Both the position numbers and the translations under genes were made by a program. A DNA stretch of 64,000 nt from Squalus acanthias. Lineage: Eukaryota. The notes beneath the pieces are model-generated. The model was not told the DNA's origin. It searched no databases and was given only the letters and a program-made list of their open reading frames with translations. Below, one piece after another: positions 11,466-24,969 of the stretch. Every line of letters begins with the position of its first letter. The stretch's first letter is position 1. Location of the stretch: NCBI GenBank assembly GCA_030390025.1, contig CM059431.1:154196001-154260000 (forward strand), written 5' to 3'.

Positions 11466-12927
11466 ACAATACCATCCAGGACAAACAGCCCGCTTGATTG
11501 GCACCCCGATATGGATCACCCACTCGGCACTTCTGGCTGAAGATGATTGCGAACGCTTCAGCCTTATCTTGTACAGTCACGTGCTGGGCTCCACCGTCAT
11601 TGAGGATGGGGATATTCATGGAGCCTCCAACTCCCGTTAGGTACTTCGTGGTCCACGATCGGATGTGGCAGAAGTGCAGAGCTTTGATCTGATCCGTTGA
11701 TTGTGGGATCGTTTTGCCTTGTCTAAAGCATGCTGTATCACCTTTTTCAAAGGCATGTAGTCCTCTGTTGCAGCTTCCCCAATTTTGAGCTTCAAGATCT
11801 GTAACTATCCCATTTAGCACGGTGGTAGTGCCACACAACACGATGGAGGGTGTCCTCAGTGTGAAGACGGGACTTCGTCTCCAGAATTATTGTACGGTGG
11901 TCACTGCTACCAATACTATCATGGATAGATGCATCTTCGAAATGTAGATAGGTGAGGACGAGGTCAAGTAGGTTTTTTCCATCGTGTTGGTTCGCTCACC
12001 ACCTGTCGCAGGATCAGACTGGCAGCTGAGCCCTTCAGGACACTTGCCAGCAGTGGTGCTACCGAGCCAATCTTGGTGATAAACATTAATACATTCTGTG
12101 CCCTTGCTTCTCTCAGTGCTTCTTCCAAGTGATGTTCAACGTGGAGGAGTACTTATTCAACAGCTGAGGAAGGGCGGTAGGTGGTAAGCAGCAGGAGGTT
12201 TCCTTGGCCGTGATTGACCTGAAGCCATGAGTCTCATGGGGTCCGGAGTGAATGTCGCGGACTCCGAGGGCAACTCCTTTCCGATTGTATACCATTGTGC
12301 CGCCACCCCTGGTGGGTCTGTCCTGCCGGTGGGACAGGACATAGCCTGGGATGGTGAGGGAAGAGTTTGGGACATTGTCTGAAAGTTATGATTCTGTGAG
12401 TATGACTATGTCAGGCTGTTGCTTGACTAGTCTGTGGCACAACTCTCCCAATTTTGGCACAAGCCCCAGATGATGGTCAGGAGGACTTTGCAGTGTCGCC
12501 AGGTGTGCCGTTGCAGTGTCCAAGCCGGTGCAGAGATCGATGCCCTTTGGTCCGTCCAGTTTAATTCTTATTATTTTGTTTCATAGCGGTTAGTTACAAC
12601 TGAGTGACTTGCTATGCCATTTCAGAGGACAGTTAAGAATCAACCACATTGCTGTGGGTCTGGAGACATAATTAGATCAGACCAGGTAAGGACGGCAGAT
12701 TTCCTTCCCGAAAGGACATTAGTGAAGGAGATGGGTTTTTGCGACAACTTGATAGTTTCATAGTTACCATTAACTGATGCTTACTATTTATTCCAGATTT
12801 AATTAATTAACACTGAATTTAAATTCCCCAGCTGCCGTGGTGGAATTTGAACCCACGTTAACCGGATAATTAGCCCAGTCCTGCTGGATTACAGGCATCA
12901 GTGTCATTAGCACTATGCTACCGTTCC
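11466..12927 (-). mobile_element. Rearranged 5' portion of a tRNA-headed CR1-superclade LINE (same family as 17624-21160)
   Basis: Shares GGGSMNIPIL.DGGAQHV…DKAEAF..IFSQKCRV with 19542..19934. The 5' end (12830-12927, minus) has A-box-like TAGCATAGTGC and B-box-like GGTTCAAATTC. Confidence 0.8.
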
Positions 12928-13968
12928 AATGGAACAGTAAACATTGGAAACAAGGAACAAATGAAACAGGAAACATAGGAAACAGGAAATATAGGAAATC
13001 TTAAACATAGGGAAGAAGAAAAATGGGTAGCATGAAAGATATGCAACAAGAAATAAATGAAAAAGTAAATATTGAAAATAGGAATCAAGTGAAACAGAGA
13101 CCATAAGGAACATATAATATAGGAAACAGGCAACATCGGAGATAGTAAAATTAGGGAACAGTAAACATGAGAAACACTAAACATAGCAAACATTAAACAT
13201 TGGCAACAGGAAACATCAGAAACAGTTTACATAGGAAGCAGGAAACATAGGAAACATCAGAATTACGAAACAGTGAACGTAGGAAACAATAAACAAAGGA
13301 AACAGTAAATATAGGAAGCAGTAAACACAGGCAACATAAATCATAGGGAAAAGTAAACATAAGAAACAGCAAACATAGGAAAAATGGAAAACAATAAATA
13401 TAGGAAACATGCAACATAGGAATCAGTAAACATAGGGAACAGGCAACATGCGAAAGAATTAACGTAGGGAACAGGAAAAATAGCAAACATGAAACATATG
13501 AAATAATAAACATAGGAAACAGTAAATATCGGAAAAGGAAACATCGTCAAATGGAAATATAAGAAACATGGACCACCGTGAACAGTTAATATAAGAAACA
13601 GTGAAGATAGGCAACTGTAGGAAATGTAGGCAACAGTCAACATTGGAAACGGGAAACAAAAGAAACAATAAAAAGATAAAACCATAGAAAACAGGAAATA
13701 TAAGACACAGGAAACGTAGTTAACAGTAAACATAAGCATATATCAAACATAGGAAACAGGAAACAATGTAAACACAGGAAACAGTAAACGAAGGAAACAG
13801 GACACATGGGAAACTGTAAATATAGGAAACATGAAACATAAGAAACAGGAAACATAAGAAACAGGAACCAGAAGAAATAGTAAACATAGGAAATAGGAAA
13901 CATAAGATACATACGGAAGGGTGAACATTGGAAACAGTAATTATAGGAAACATACAAAATATTACATA
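12928..13968 (+). repeat. Degenerate AAACATAGG / AAACAGT satellite, part 1
   Basis: Hundreds of variants of aggaaacatagg and aaacagtaaacatagg. Confidence 0.93.
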
Positions 13969-15390
13969 GGATTGCATTGGATATACAGCACAGAATCAGG
14001 CCATTCGTCTCAACCAGTCAATAACAGCGTTTATGCTCCACTCGAGCCTCCTCCCTTCTGTCCTCAGCTAACTCTATCCGCATAACCCTTTATTCCCTTC
14101 ACCCTCATATGCTCATCTAACCACCCCTTAAATGCATCGATACTACTCCCTTCAACCACTCCCTGCGGTAGCGATTTCCACAATCTCACCACACTTTGGG
14201 TACGAAGTTTCTTCTGAATTTTCTTCTTGATTTCTGGTGACTATCTTATATAGATGGCCACTAGTTCCACACAAATGGAAATTATTCTCTCTGAATCTAC
14301 TCCATCAAAACCTTTCATAATTTAAAAACCACTATTAGGTCACCCTTCAGACACCTCTTTTCAAGAGAAAAGAGACCCAGCCTGTTCATCCTTTCCTGAT
14401 ATATATACTCTCGCGTTTCTGGTATCCTCCTTGTAATTCTTCTCTGCACCATCTCCAGTGCCTTTATATTATTTTTATAATAAGGGGACCAGAATTATAT
14501 GCAGTGTTCTAAGTGTGGTCTAACCAACGTTCGATAAAAGTTTAGCAAAGCGTCACTACTTTTCAATTCTATTCCTCTAGAAAAAAACCCGAGTGCTTGG
14601 TTTTATTTATGACCTTGTTAACCTGTATTGCTACTTTTAGTGATGTGTGTATTCCGAAATCCCTTCATTCCTCCACACAACCCAGATTCCCATCGTCCAA
14701 TATGTGACCTCCTTATTCTTCGTGACTAAATTTAATACCTCACATTTATCTGTGTTGAAATTTATTTGCCAATTATATGACCATTATTCCTGTATTTTTT
14801 AGCAGACCTCCTCAGTTTTGACTAGCCCCCCTCCCCCGCTATTTGATATCATCCGCAAATTTAGAAATTGCTTTTTTGATTCCAAAGAATAAACCGTTAT
14901 ATGAATCGTGAACAACATTTGTTCCAACGCTGATCCTTCTGGAACTGGTATTCCCAACTTCTACCACTTTGAATTGCTACTCTTTCCCCCTACACTCTGC
15001 TTTCTGTCTTCGATGCCAGCGAGATAGCTATTTTGCTTCATGTCCCCTGACTCTGCATTCTCTGACCTTATTCATTAGTCATTAAGTGGTACCTTGTCGA
15101 AGCCTTTTGAAACTCTACATAAATTGCATCTACTGCATTATCCTTGTCTATGCTCTCTGTTAACTCTTCAAAAAATTTAATGAGGTTTGTTAAGCAAGAA
15201 TTCTCCTTTTGAAATCCATGCTGATTATTCGTTATTATATTTTTTGGTTACTAGATGTTCTCCTATTTCCCCTTTGGTAAGTATTCCATTATTTTTCCTA
15301 CCATCGATGTTATGCTGACTGGTCTAAAGTTCCCTGGACATGTTCTATCTCCCTTCTCTATATACGTATTACATTTGCTATACACCAGTC
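13969..15390 (-). mobile_element. Decayed CR1 LINE inserted in the satellite
   Basis: 3' tail tacagcacagaatcaggccattc at ~13985; 5' break at EKGDRTCPGNFRPVSITSMVGKIME (ORF 15263..15616). Confidence 0.85.
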
Positions 15391-15394
15391 CACT

Positions 15395-17623
15395 GTACAT
15401 GAAACAGGACACACAGCAATCTGGAAACATAAAAAGGAAACATAAGAAGCAGGAAACAAGAGACAGGAAACATAAGAAACAGTGATCTCTGGAATAATTA
15501 AACATATGAAAAAGAAACATATGAAACAATAAACATAGGAAATCGGAAAGGTAATAAAACTGAAACAAAGGGAACAGGAAACAAAGCAAACAGTAAAAAA
15601 AGAAAATATTAAACATAGGACAGCGAAAACATAGTCAACAGTAAATATAGGGAACATGAAATAGAGCAAACAGGAAGCAAAGTAAACGGAAAACAGTAAA
15701 CAGAACAAAGAGGAAACACCGTTAACAAGAGACATAGGAAACATGAAGCATTGGAATAATTAAACGGAGTGTACAGGAAAGAGAGGAAATTTGTAACATA
15801 GGAAACAGTAAACATAGGAAAGAGGCAAAATGAGAGACAGTAAACATAGGAAAGAGGAAATATAGGAAACAGTAAACATAGTAAACCATAAAAAGAAGAA
15901 AAAGGAGAAAAGGAACAGACAGCATCGTCTCCTTCTGTGGCGTAAATTTCCACGATTGTATGATAAGAAAGAATAAAAATAGAAAATATGAAACGTAAGA
16001 AACAGTAAACATAGGACACAGAAAATATAGGGAATATAAAATAGTAAAAGTATGGAACAGGAAACAGGATACATTAAATATACGAAATAAGGATAGGATA
16101 TGGAAACAGGAATCCTAGGGAAAAGGAACTATAAGAAACATAGGAAACATTGAACTTATGATAAAGAAAAGACATGATAGAGTAAACAGTCGACAGGAAA
16201 CAGGAAATAAAAAATAGGCAAAATGAGAGACAGTAAACATAGGGAGCAGAAAACAAAAGAAAATGTAAACACAGGAAACAGGAAACATAGTAAACAATAA
16301 AAAGAAGACAAAGGAGACATGATGCAGACTTCATGGCCTCCTTCTGTGGGGTCAATTTCCACGATTGTATGATAATAAACAATAAACATAGAACATAGGC
16401 AACAAAAGAAACAGTAAACATAGGACACAGTAAATATAGGGATGAGGAATGAGTAAACATAGATAACAGGAAACGTGGGATATAGTAAATATACGAAGTA
16501 ATAACCTTCTGATATGGAAAACATAGGAAACATGAAATAGGAATCCTAAGGGAAAGGGACTCTAACAAACACGAAACATAGGAAACATGGAACTAATGAA
16601 AGAGGGAAAATATGATACAGAAAACATTAGACAGGAAACAGGAACTATAAACTGTAGGAAACAGTAAGCATAGGAAACATGAATCATAGGAAACAATAAC
16701 ATAGGGACAGTAAACATAGGAAACACAAATCATAAGAAACAGTAAAATAAGGAGAGAGGAAACATCGAAAGTCGGAATCAGGAAAGATAGGAAACAGTAA
16801 ACATAGGAAATGTGCAACATAGGAAAAAGTAAACATAGGGAACAGGCAAATGGGAAAAATTAAAAGTAGGAAATTGTAAACATATAAAGCAGTAAAGTGA
16901 ACATAGGCAAACGGAAATATAAGAAATATTGGACCATAGTAAACAGTGAAAATTAGAACAAGTGAATATAGGAAACTGTAAACGTAGGAGAAGGAAACAT
17001 AAAAAAACTGGAAAAATAGGAAACAGGAATCAGAAGAAATAAAGTAACAGTGAAAAAAAGCGGAAATATAGGAAACAGCTAATTAAGAAAATAGGAAACA
17101 TAGGTTACATTAAACTTAGGAAACATTAAACATAGGAAACATCGGAAATATAGGAAATATAGGAAATACAGAAAAGAGGAAACACAGTAAACAGGAAACA
17201 AAGAAAATAGGATACCATTGAAAACGTAGGAATTGCGAAACATGGGAATTATTAAACATCAGAAACAGGAAATATTGGAAACGTTAAACATAGGAAATAT
17301 TGGTCGTCGGAAGCAGTCAAAAAAGAAAGTAGGATATATAGGAAAAAGCAAACATTGAAAATAGGAAGTATTGGCAAAATAATACGTAGGAAAAACGAAA
17401 CAATGGAAATATCAAACATAGATAACGTTGAACATAGGAAACAGTAAACAAGGAAAAATGCGAAATGTAGGAAACGGTAAACATAGGAACAAGTTAATGT
17501 AGGAAGTAGGAAACATCAGAGAAAGTAAAAAAAAAGGAAATAGGAAAAGTTGGAAAAATTAAACATAGGAAATAGGGAACATCAGAAACAGGAAACAGGA
17601 AAAAGTAAAATAAGAAGCAGTAA
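15395..17623 (+). repeat. Degenerate AAACATAGG satellite, part 2, with an internal ~410-bp duplication
   Basis: Same motif as part 1. The unique word ctccttctgtgg.gt.aatttccacgattgtatgataa occurs at ~15929 and ~16338. Confidence 0.93.
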
Positions 17624-20600
17624 ACTTTTTTTTATTCGTTCATGGGATGTGAGCATCGCTGGCAAGGCCAGCATTTATTACCCATCCCGAATTGACCTTA
17701 GGAATGTGGTGGTGAGCCGCCTTCTTGACCGGCTGCAGTCCTGGTGGTGAAGGTACTCCCACAGTGCTGTTAGAGAGGGATTTCCAGGGTTTTGACACAG
17801 CAACATTGAAGGATCGGCGATATACTTCCAAGTCAGGGTGGTATGTGACTTGGAGGGGAACTTGGAGTTGGTGGTGCTCCCATGCGCCTGCTGCCCTTAT
17901 CCTTCTAGGTGGAAGAGGTCGCGGGTTTGGGAGGTGCTGCCGAAGAAGCCTTGGTGAGTTGCCGCAATGCATCTTTTAGATGGTAAACACTGCAGCCACG
18001 GTGCTCCGCTGATGGAGGGAGTGAATGTTTAATGTGGTGGATGGGGTGCCAATCAAGCGACCTGCTAAGTCTTGGATGGTGTCGAGCTTCTTGAGTGTTG
18101 CTGGAGCTGCACTCATCCAGTCAAGTGGAGAGTATTCCATCACACTCCTTACTTGTGCCTTGGAGATGGTGGAAAGGCTTTCTGGAGTCAGGTGGGGGGA
18201 CACTCGCCAAAGAATATCTAGGTTCTGAACTGCTCTTGTTGCCACAGTATTTATGTGACTGGTCCAGTTAAATTTCTGGTCAACGGTGACCCCCAGGATG
18301 CTGATGTTGTGGGATTCGGCGATGGTAATGCCGTTGAATGACATGGGGAGGCGGTTAGAATCTCGCTTACTGGTGATGTTCATTTGCCTGGCACTTGTGC
18401 GGCGTGAATGTTACCTGCCACTTATCAGCCCAAAACTGAACGTCGTCCAGATCATGTTGCATGCGGGCATGGACTGCTTCTTTATCTGAGGAGTTGTGAA
18501 TGGTGCGGAACTCTGTGCAGTCATCAGCGAACATCGCCATTTCTGACGTTATGTGGGCGATACGGTCATTGCAGAAGCAGCTGAAGATGGTTTGACCGAG
18601 GACACTGCCGTGTGGAACTCCTGCAGCGATGCCCTGGGGCTGCGGTGATTGACCTTCAATCACCACAACCATCTTCCTTTGTGCTTGTATGATTCCAGCA
18701 AGTGGAGCGTTTTCCCCTCGATTTTCATTGACTTAAGTTTTACTAGGGCTCCTTAATGCCACACTCGGACAATTACTGCCTTGATGTCCAGGGCAGATAC
18801 TCTCAACTCAATGCTTGAATTCTGCTCCTTTGTCCATGTTTGGACCAAGGCTGTAATGAGGTCGGGAGCTGAGTGGTCTTTGCGGAACTCCAACTGGGCA
18901 TCATTGAACAGTTTATTGGTGAGTAAGTGCCGCTTGATAGCACTGTTAATGACATCTAACATCATTTTGTCGATGATTGAAAGTAGATTGATGGGGCGGT
19001 AATTGGCCGGTTGGATTTCACTTGTATTATGTGGACAGGACATACATAGAATCTAGGAGCAGGAGTAGGCCATTCGGCACGTCGAGCCTGCTCCACCATT
19101 CAATACGATCATGGCTGATCATCCAAATCCAGTACCCTGTCCCTGCTTTAATCCCCACATACACATATCCCACCCTACCCCTGTAACCCCACGTATTTAA
19201 TTCCCCCTAACATATCCCATCCTATCCCCATAACCCCACATATTTAATACCCCCCTAACACTAAGGGTCAATTTATCATAGCCAAATCAACCTAACCCGC
19301 ACATTTTTGGACTGTGGGAGGAAACCGGAGCACCCGGAGGAAACCCACGCAGACACGGGGAGAATGTGCAAACTAGGCAGTTTTCCACGTATTCGGATAG
19401 ATGCCAGTGTTGTAGCTCTACTGGAACAGCTTGGCTAGAGGCACGGCTAGTCCTGAGGCACAATTTTTCAGCACGATAGCCGGGATGTTGTCGGGGCTCA
19501 TAGCTTGTGTTCTATCCAGTGCGCTCAGCCGTTTCTTGATATCACGTGAAGTGAATGGAATTGGCTGAAGACCGGCTTGTGATGGCGGGGACCTCAGGAG
19601 TAGGCTGATATGGATCATACACTCGGCACTTCTGGCTGAAGAAGGTTCGAAATGCTTCAGCCTTGTCTTTTGCACTCACGTGCTGGGCTCCACCATCATA
19701 GAAGATGGGGATATTCATGGAGCATCCTCCTCCCGTTAGTTGTTTAATCGTCCAGCACCATTCACGGCTGGATGTGATAGGACAGCAGAGCTTTGATCTG
19801 ATCCGTTGATTGTGGGATCGCTCAGCCTGTCTATAGCATGCTGCTTCCCCTTTTTCACACATATGTATTCCTGTGCTGCAGCTTCCCGACATTGGCACAT
19901 CATTTTTAGGTACGTCTGGTGCTGCTCCTGGCATACTCTTCTACACAACTTATTGAAACAGGGTTCGTCCCCTGGCTTGATGGTAATGGTAGAGGGAGGG
20001 ATATGCCGGGCCATGAGTTTATAGATTGTGGTGGAATACAATTCTGCTGCTGCTGATGGCTCGCAGCGCCTCATGGATGACCAGTTTGGATCTGCTAGAT
20101 CTGTTCCGAATCCATCCCATTTAGCACGGTGGTAGTGACACATAATACGAAGGAGGGTGCCCTCAGCGTGAAAACGGGACTTCGTATCCAAAATGATTGT
20201 GCGGTGGTCACTGCTACCAATACTGTCATGGACAGATGCATCTGCGACAGGTAGATTGGTGAGGACGAGGTCAAGTAGGTTTTTCCCTCGTGTTGGTTCT
20301 CTCAACGTCTGTCGTAGGACCAGACTGGAAGATATGTCCAACAGGTCTCGCACAAGCTCGTTCAGTAGTGGTGCTACCGAGCCACTCTTTGTGATGGACA
20401 TTGAAGTCCCCCACCTAGAGGACATTCTGTGCCTTTGCTACCCTCAATACTTCTTCCAAGTGGTGTTTAACATGAAGAAGTACTGATTCAACGGCAGAGG
20501 GAGGGCGGTAGGTGGTAATCAGCAGGAGGTCTCCTTGCCCATGCATGACCTGAAGCCATGAGACTACATGGGGTCTGGAGTCAATGTTGAAAACACCCAA

Positions 20601-21160
20601 GCCACACCTACCCGACTGAATATCACTGTGCCGTCACCCCTGGTGGGACTGTCCTGCCGATGGGACAGGACATTCCCAGGGATGGTGATGGAGGAATTTG
20701 GGACATTGGATTAAAGGAATGATTCTCTGAGTATGACTATGTCAGGCTCTTGCTTGACTTGTCTGTGGGGCAGCTCTCCCAATTTTGGCACAGTTCCCTC
20801 GATGTTGGTGAGGAGGACATTGCAGGGTCCACTGGACTGGGTGCGCCGTTGTCGTGCCCGTAGCCGGTGCCGAGGTCGGTAGCGGTGGTCCGTCCACGTT
20901 TATTCTGCTTATTGTGCATCGTAGCGGTTGGTTGCAACTGCCTGGCTTGCTAGGCCATTTGGGAGGGCAGCTAAGAATCAATCACATTGAGTGTGAAGTC
21001 ACATGTAGGCCAGATCAGGTAAGGACGGCAAATTTCATTCGCTAAAGGACATTAGTGAACGAGAAAGGTTTTAACGACAATCGATAGTTTCGTGGTTACC
21101 ATTACGGATACTAGCTAGTCAAGTCCTCTGGATTACTAGCCCAGTGACACTACCACTCCC
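17624..21160 (-). mobile_element. Near full-length CR1-superclade LINE (APE + RT pseudogene, no evident ORF1) with poly(A) tail
   Basis: APE: LLITTYRPPS, EPTRGKNLLDLVLTN…SDHR. RT: NYRPINLLS, ALDIKA…RVWH, GVPHGSVLG, MFADD. The 3' end reads gaacgAATAAAAAAAA on minus at ~17626-17640. Confidence 0.88.
19043..19374 (-). mobile_element. HE1-type V-SINE, 5'-truncated, nested in the LINE
   Basis: V-domain ggaggaaaccggagcacccggaggaaacccacgcagacacggggagaatgtgcaaact plus a CR1-derived tail; near-identical to 62737-63147. Confidence 0.88.
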
Positions 21161-22795
21161 TGGATGCACTGCAGCTACTCCAACCAGTATTCTATTCTGA
21201 GTACTGGTGGGGGCGATGGGTCCGTTGGGGAGTGTAGCCAGAGACAAATCCAAGGCACCACTGGGGGCTCAGCTGCACAGCAGGGACGGGGGTGGGGAGA
21301 GAGTAAAAAGAGTGGAAGAGCAATAGTGATAGGGGATTAGATAGTTACGGGAGCAGACAGGCGTTTCTGCGGCTGCAGACATGACGCCAGGATGAAATTT
21401 TGCCTCCCTGGTGCAACGGTCAATGGTATCACTGAGCGGCTGGATCGAAAGGATCTAGCCAGAGTAAAATGGAACCAAAGACTGACAGGAAAAACTGCAA
21501 CGGAACAATGGGTGATCTTTAAGGAGGAGATGTTCGAAGTACAGGCTACGTACATTCCAACAAGAGGGAAGGGTAAGGATAACAAAGCAAGGGATCCTTG
21601 GATGACGAGGGAGATAGCGAAGATGATGAAACAAAGAAGCGGGTGCATGTTGGATGTCAGGTGAATTCTTCAAGGCAGAACCAAACCAAATACAATAAGT
21701 TGAGAGAGGATGTGAAGATGAAAATAAAATTGGCAAAGAGTGAATATGAGAGTAGAATGGCGCTCAACAAAAAAGGGAACGCAAAAATCTTCTACCGCCA
21801 TGTAAGCATTAAACGGGTAGGAAGAGGCGGGCTGGGGCATATTAGAGACAAAGAATGCGATATAAGCTTAGAGGCACAGGGCAAGGCTAGAATACTCAAT
21901 GAGTACTTTGTATCGGTGTTTACTAAGGAGGTGGATGCTAACAAAATATCGGTAGCTTTGGAAAAGTTAGAAGCAATGGAAGGGGTGATAATTGATAGGC
22001 AGGATGTACTGTAAATGCTGGGTATGGTTAGAGTAGATAAGTCGCCTGCTCGAGATGGATTGCATCCCAGGTTGCTAAGGGAATTGGGAAGGAGATAGGG
22101 GAAGGGCTTGCCATAATTTTCCTAACCTCCCTAAATGCAGGGGAGTTGCCTGAGGATTGGAAAGTGGCAAATGTGACACCATTGCTCAAGAAAGGGTGTA
22201 AGTACAATAATAGCAACGACAGGAGGTCAGTTTAACATCAGTGGTGGGTAAACTTTGAGGAACAATAATCAAGGAAAAAATTAACGTGCACTTGGAGGGT
22301 TTAAGCTAATTAAGGAGAGCCAAATCGGATTTGTAAAAGGCAGATCGTGTTTGACTGATCTAATTGATTTTTTTGGTGAAGTAACAGGGAGGATCGATGA
22401 AGGTAATGCAATGGATGTTGTCTACATGGATTTTAGGAAGTGTTTGACAAAGTACCACATAGGCGGCTGGTTAAGAAAATTGACGTTATGGAATAGGTGG
22501 GTCAGTGGCAGCTTCGATAAGGAATAGTCGTAAGGACAGAAAACAGCGAGTTGTGGCAAATGGCTGTTTTTCAGACTGGAGGATGGTAGACAATGGGGTT
22601 CCACCACGGTCAGTGGTGGTACCTCTGCTTTTTTTATATATATATAAATGACCAGGATATTGGAATACAATATAAAATTTCTAAATGTGGCTATTACATC
22701 AAACTTTTGATGCGGAGATGCTGGTGTTGGACTGGGGTGGACAAAATTGAGAAGTCTCACAACACCAGGTTATAGTCCAACAGTTTTATTTGAAA

Positions 22796-22833
22796 TCACA
22801 AGCTTTCGGAGATGCTGCCACTTCATCAGGTGA
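22796..22833 (-). ncRNA. Minimal type I hammerhead ribozyme motif (Penelope pLTR)
   Basis: Minus strand: TCAC CTGATGA A GTGGC AGCA TCTCC GAA AGCT T GTGA. Has the CUGAUGA/GAAA core, stem I TCAC/GTGA and a palindromic AGCT; stem II is eroded. Confidence 0.65.
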
Positions 22834-23399
22834 AGTGAAGGAATATGAATCGGCAAAGCATATATAGACAGAGAACAATGCCTGCGTAGCGTACAATGTC
22901 AGACGACTACATTTAATCCTTCTGACTGGCTTTCATCACACCTCGGCAGAGAAATAATCAGCTCAGCCAGGAAGGCACCACATCAAAGACATAGCAAGAT
23001 ACAACTGAGACAATGAGGTGGGGTCACAGGGGGTCTAATGTGTCAAATGCTGCAGTCTGTATGGAAAACCATAAACTTTAATATTTTTTTTACTGGAAAT
23101 CACATCTGTGAACAAACCAACGACGACTCGAATCTGGATGACTCTACGTCATGTAGCGTGACATGAACCCAAGATCCCTGTTGAGGCCGTCCTCATGGGT
23201 GCAGAAATTGGCTATCAGTTTCTGCTCGATGATTTTGCGTTGCCGTGTGTCTCGAAGGCCGCCTTGGAGAACGCTTACCTGCATATCCGAGGCTGAATGT
23301 CCTTGAATGCTGAAGTGTCCCCCAACTGGGAGGTAACAATCCTGCCTGGCGATTGTTGCGTGGTGTCCGTTCATACGTTGTCTCAGTGTCTGCATGGTC

Positions 23400-24453
23400 T
23401 CGGCGAAGGATCACTGAAAAGACTACACAATAACATCAACAAGTTCCATCCCACCATCAAACTCACCATGGATTACTCCTCAGAATCAGTTTCATTCCTG
23501 GACACACTAATCTCCATCAAAGACGAACACCTCAGCACTTCACTCTACCGCAAGCCCACGGACAACCTCACGATGCTCCACTTCTCCAGCTTCCACCCTA
23601 ACCACGGTAAAGAAGCCATCCCTATGGAGAAGCCCTGCGAATAAACAGGATCTGCTCAGACGAGGAGGAACGCGATGGACACCTACGGATGCTGAAAGAC
23701 GCCCTCGTAAGAATGGGAGATGACGCTCGGCTCATCGAACGAAAGTTACGACGGGCCACAGCGAAAAATCGCATAGACCTCCTCAGAAGGCGAACACGGG
23801 ACACAACCAACAGGGTACACTACGTCGTCCAGTACTTCCCCGGAGCGGAGAAACTACACCATGTTCTTCGCAGCCTTCAACATGTCATCGATGACGACGA
23901 ACACCTCGGTAAGGCCATCCCCAGGCCTCCACTACACGCCTTCAAACAGCCACCTAACCACAAAAGTACCATCGTTCGCTGCAAATTACCCAGCTTTCAG
24001 GACAAAAGCGAATACGACACTACACAACCCTGCCACGGCAACCTCTGCAAGACATGCCAGATCATCAACACAGATACCATCATCACACGTGAGGACACTA
24101 CCCACCAGGTACATGGTACATACTCATGTGACTCGGCCAACGTTGTCCACCTCATACGTTGCAGGAAAGGATGCACCAGAGCATTATTCATCGGCGAGAC
24201 CATGCAGACACTGAGACAACGTATGAACAGACACCGCACAACAATCGCCAGGCAGGATTGTCACCTCCCAGTCGGGGAACACTTCAGCAGTCAAGGACAT
24301 TCAGCCTCGGATCTGCGGGTAAGCGTTCTCCAAGGAGGCCTTCAAGACACACGACAACGCAAAATCATCGAGCAGAAACTGATAGCTAAGTCCCGCACTC
24401 ATGAGGACGGCCTCAACCGGGATCTTGGGTTCATGTCACGCTACATGACGTAG
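23400..24453 (+). pseudogene. Penelope RT C-terminus + GIY-YIG endonuclease (one frameshift near 23625)
   Basis: ORFs 23297..23644 and 23689..24453. Confidence 0.9.
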
Positions 24454-24772
24454 AGTCATCCAGACTCGAATCGTCGCTGGCTTGTTCACAGATGTGATTT
24501 CCAGTAAAAAAAAAGTAAACATTTTTATGTTTATGGTTTTCCATACAGACTGCAGCATTTGACATATTAGACCCCCTGTGACCGCACCTCATTGTATCAG
24601 TTGCATCTTGCTATGTCATTGATGTGTTGCCTTCCTGGCTGACCTGATTGTTTCTCTGCTGAGTTGTGACGAAAGGCAGTCTGCAGGATTAAATGTAGTC
24701 GTCTGACATTGTACGCTACACATGCATTGTTCTCTGTCTATATATGCTTTGCCGATTCGTATTCCTTCACTT

Positions 24773-24810
24773 TGACCTGACGAAGGGGCAGCAGCTCCGA
24801 AAGCTTGTGA
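24773..24810 (+). ncRNA. Minimal type I hammerhead ribozyme motif (Penelope pLTR)
   Basis: TGAC CTGACGA A GGGGC AGCA GCTCC GAA AGCT T GTGA; intact stem II (one G-U pair) and core. Confidence 0.72.
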
Positions 24811-24969
24811 TTTCAAAAAAAAATGTTGGACTATAACCTGGTGTTGTGCGACTTCTCACCAAACTTTCGGGTGTGGCATACAGTGACGATGACATCATTC
24901 GACTGCAACATGACATAGAAAGGTTAGCTAAATGGGCAGACAAGTGACAGATGGAATTTAATACAGCAA

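Larger units (their letters stand above)
22708..24856 (+). mobile_element. Penelope-like element, 5'-truncated, with an inverted duplicate of its 3' end (22708-23399 minus; 23400-24856 plus)
   Basis: RT thumb SFLDTLIS…TSLYRKPTD…HFSSFHP and GIY-YIG domain C..CKTC…TYSCDSANVVHLIRC…FIGETMQTLRQRMNRH. TSD catcaaacttt (22697-22707) / caccaaacttt (24857-24867). Confidence 0.93.
21160..24965 (+). mobile_element. CR1 LINE with internal deletion, interrupted by Penelope at 22708-24856
   Basis: ORF1 esterase piece (CLPGA.V..I.ERL) joined at ~21443 to ORF2 (PWMT.EI, LNEYFVSVFTKE). RT resumes after 24867. Confidence 0.85.

Noticed and set aside
12913..16820. Many hydrophobic Phe/Leu/Cys-rich minus-strand ORFs resembling membrane proteins
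   Set aside because: Artefacts of translating the AAACATAGG satellite.
12928..17623. CRISPR-like repeat/spacer array
   Set aside because: No constant repeat with unique spacers, no cas genes, and a vertebrate context.
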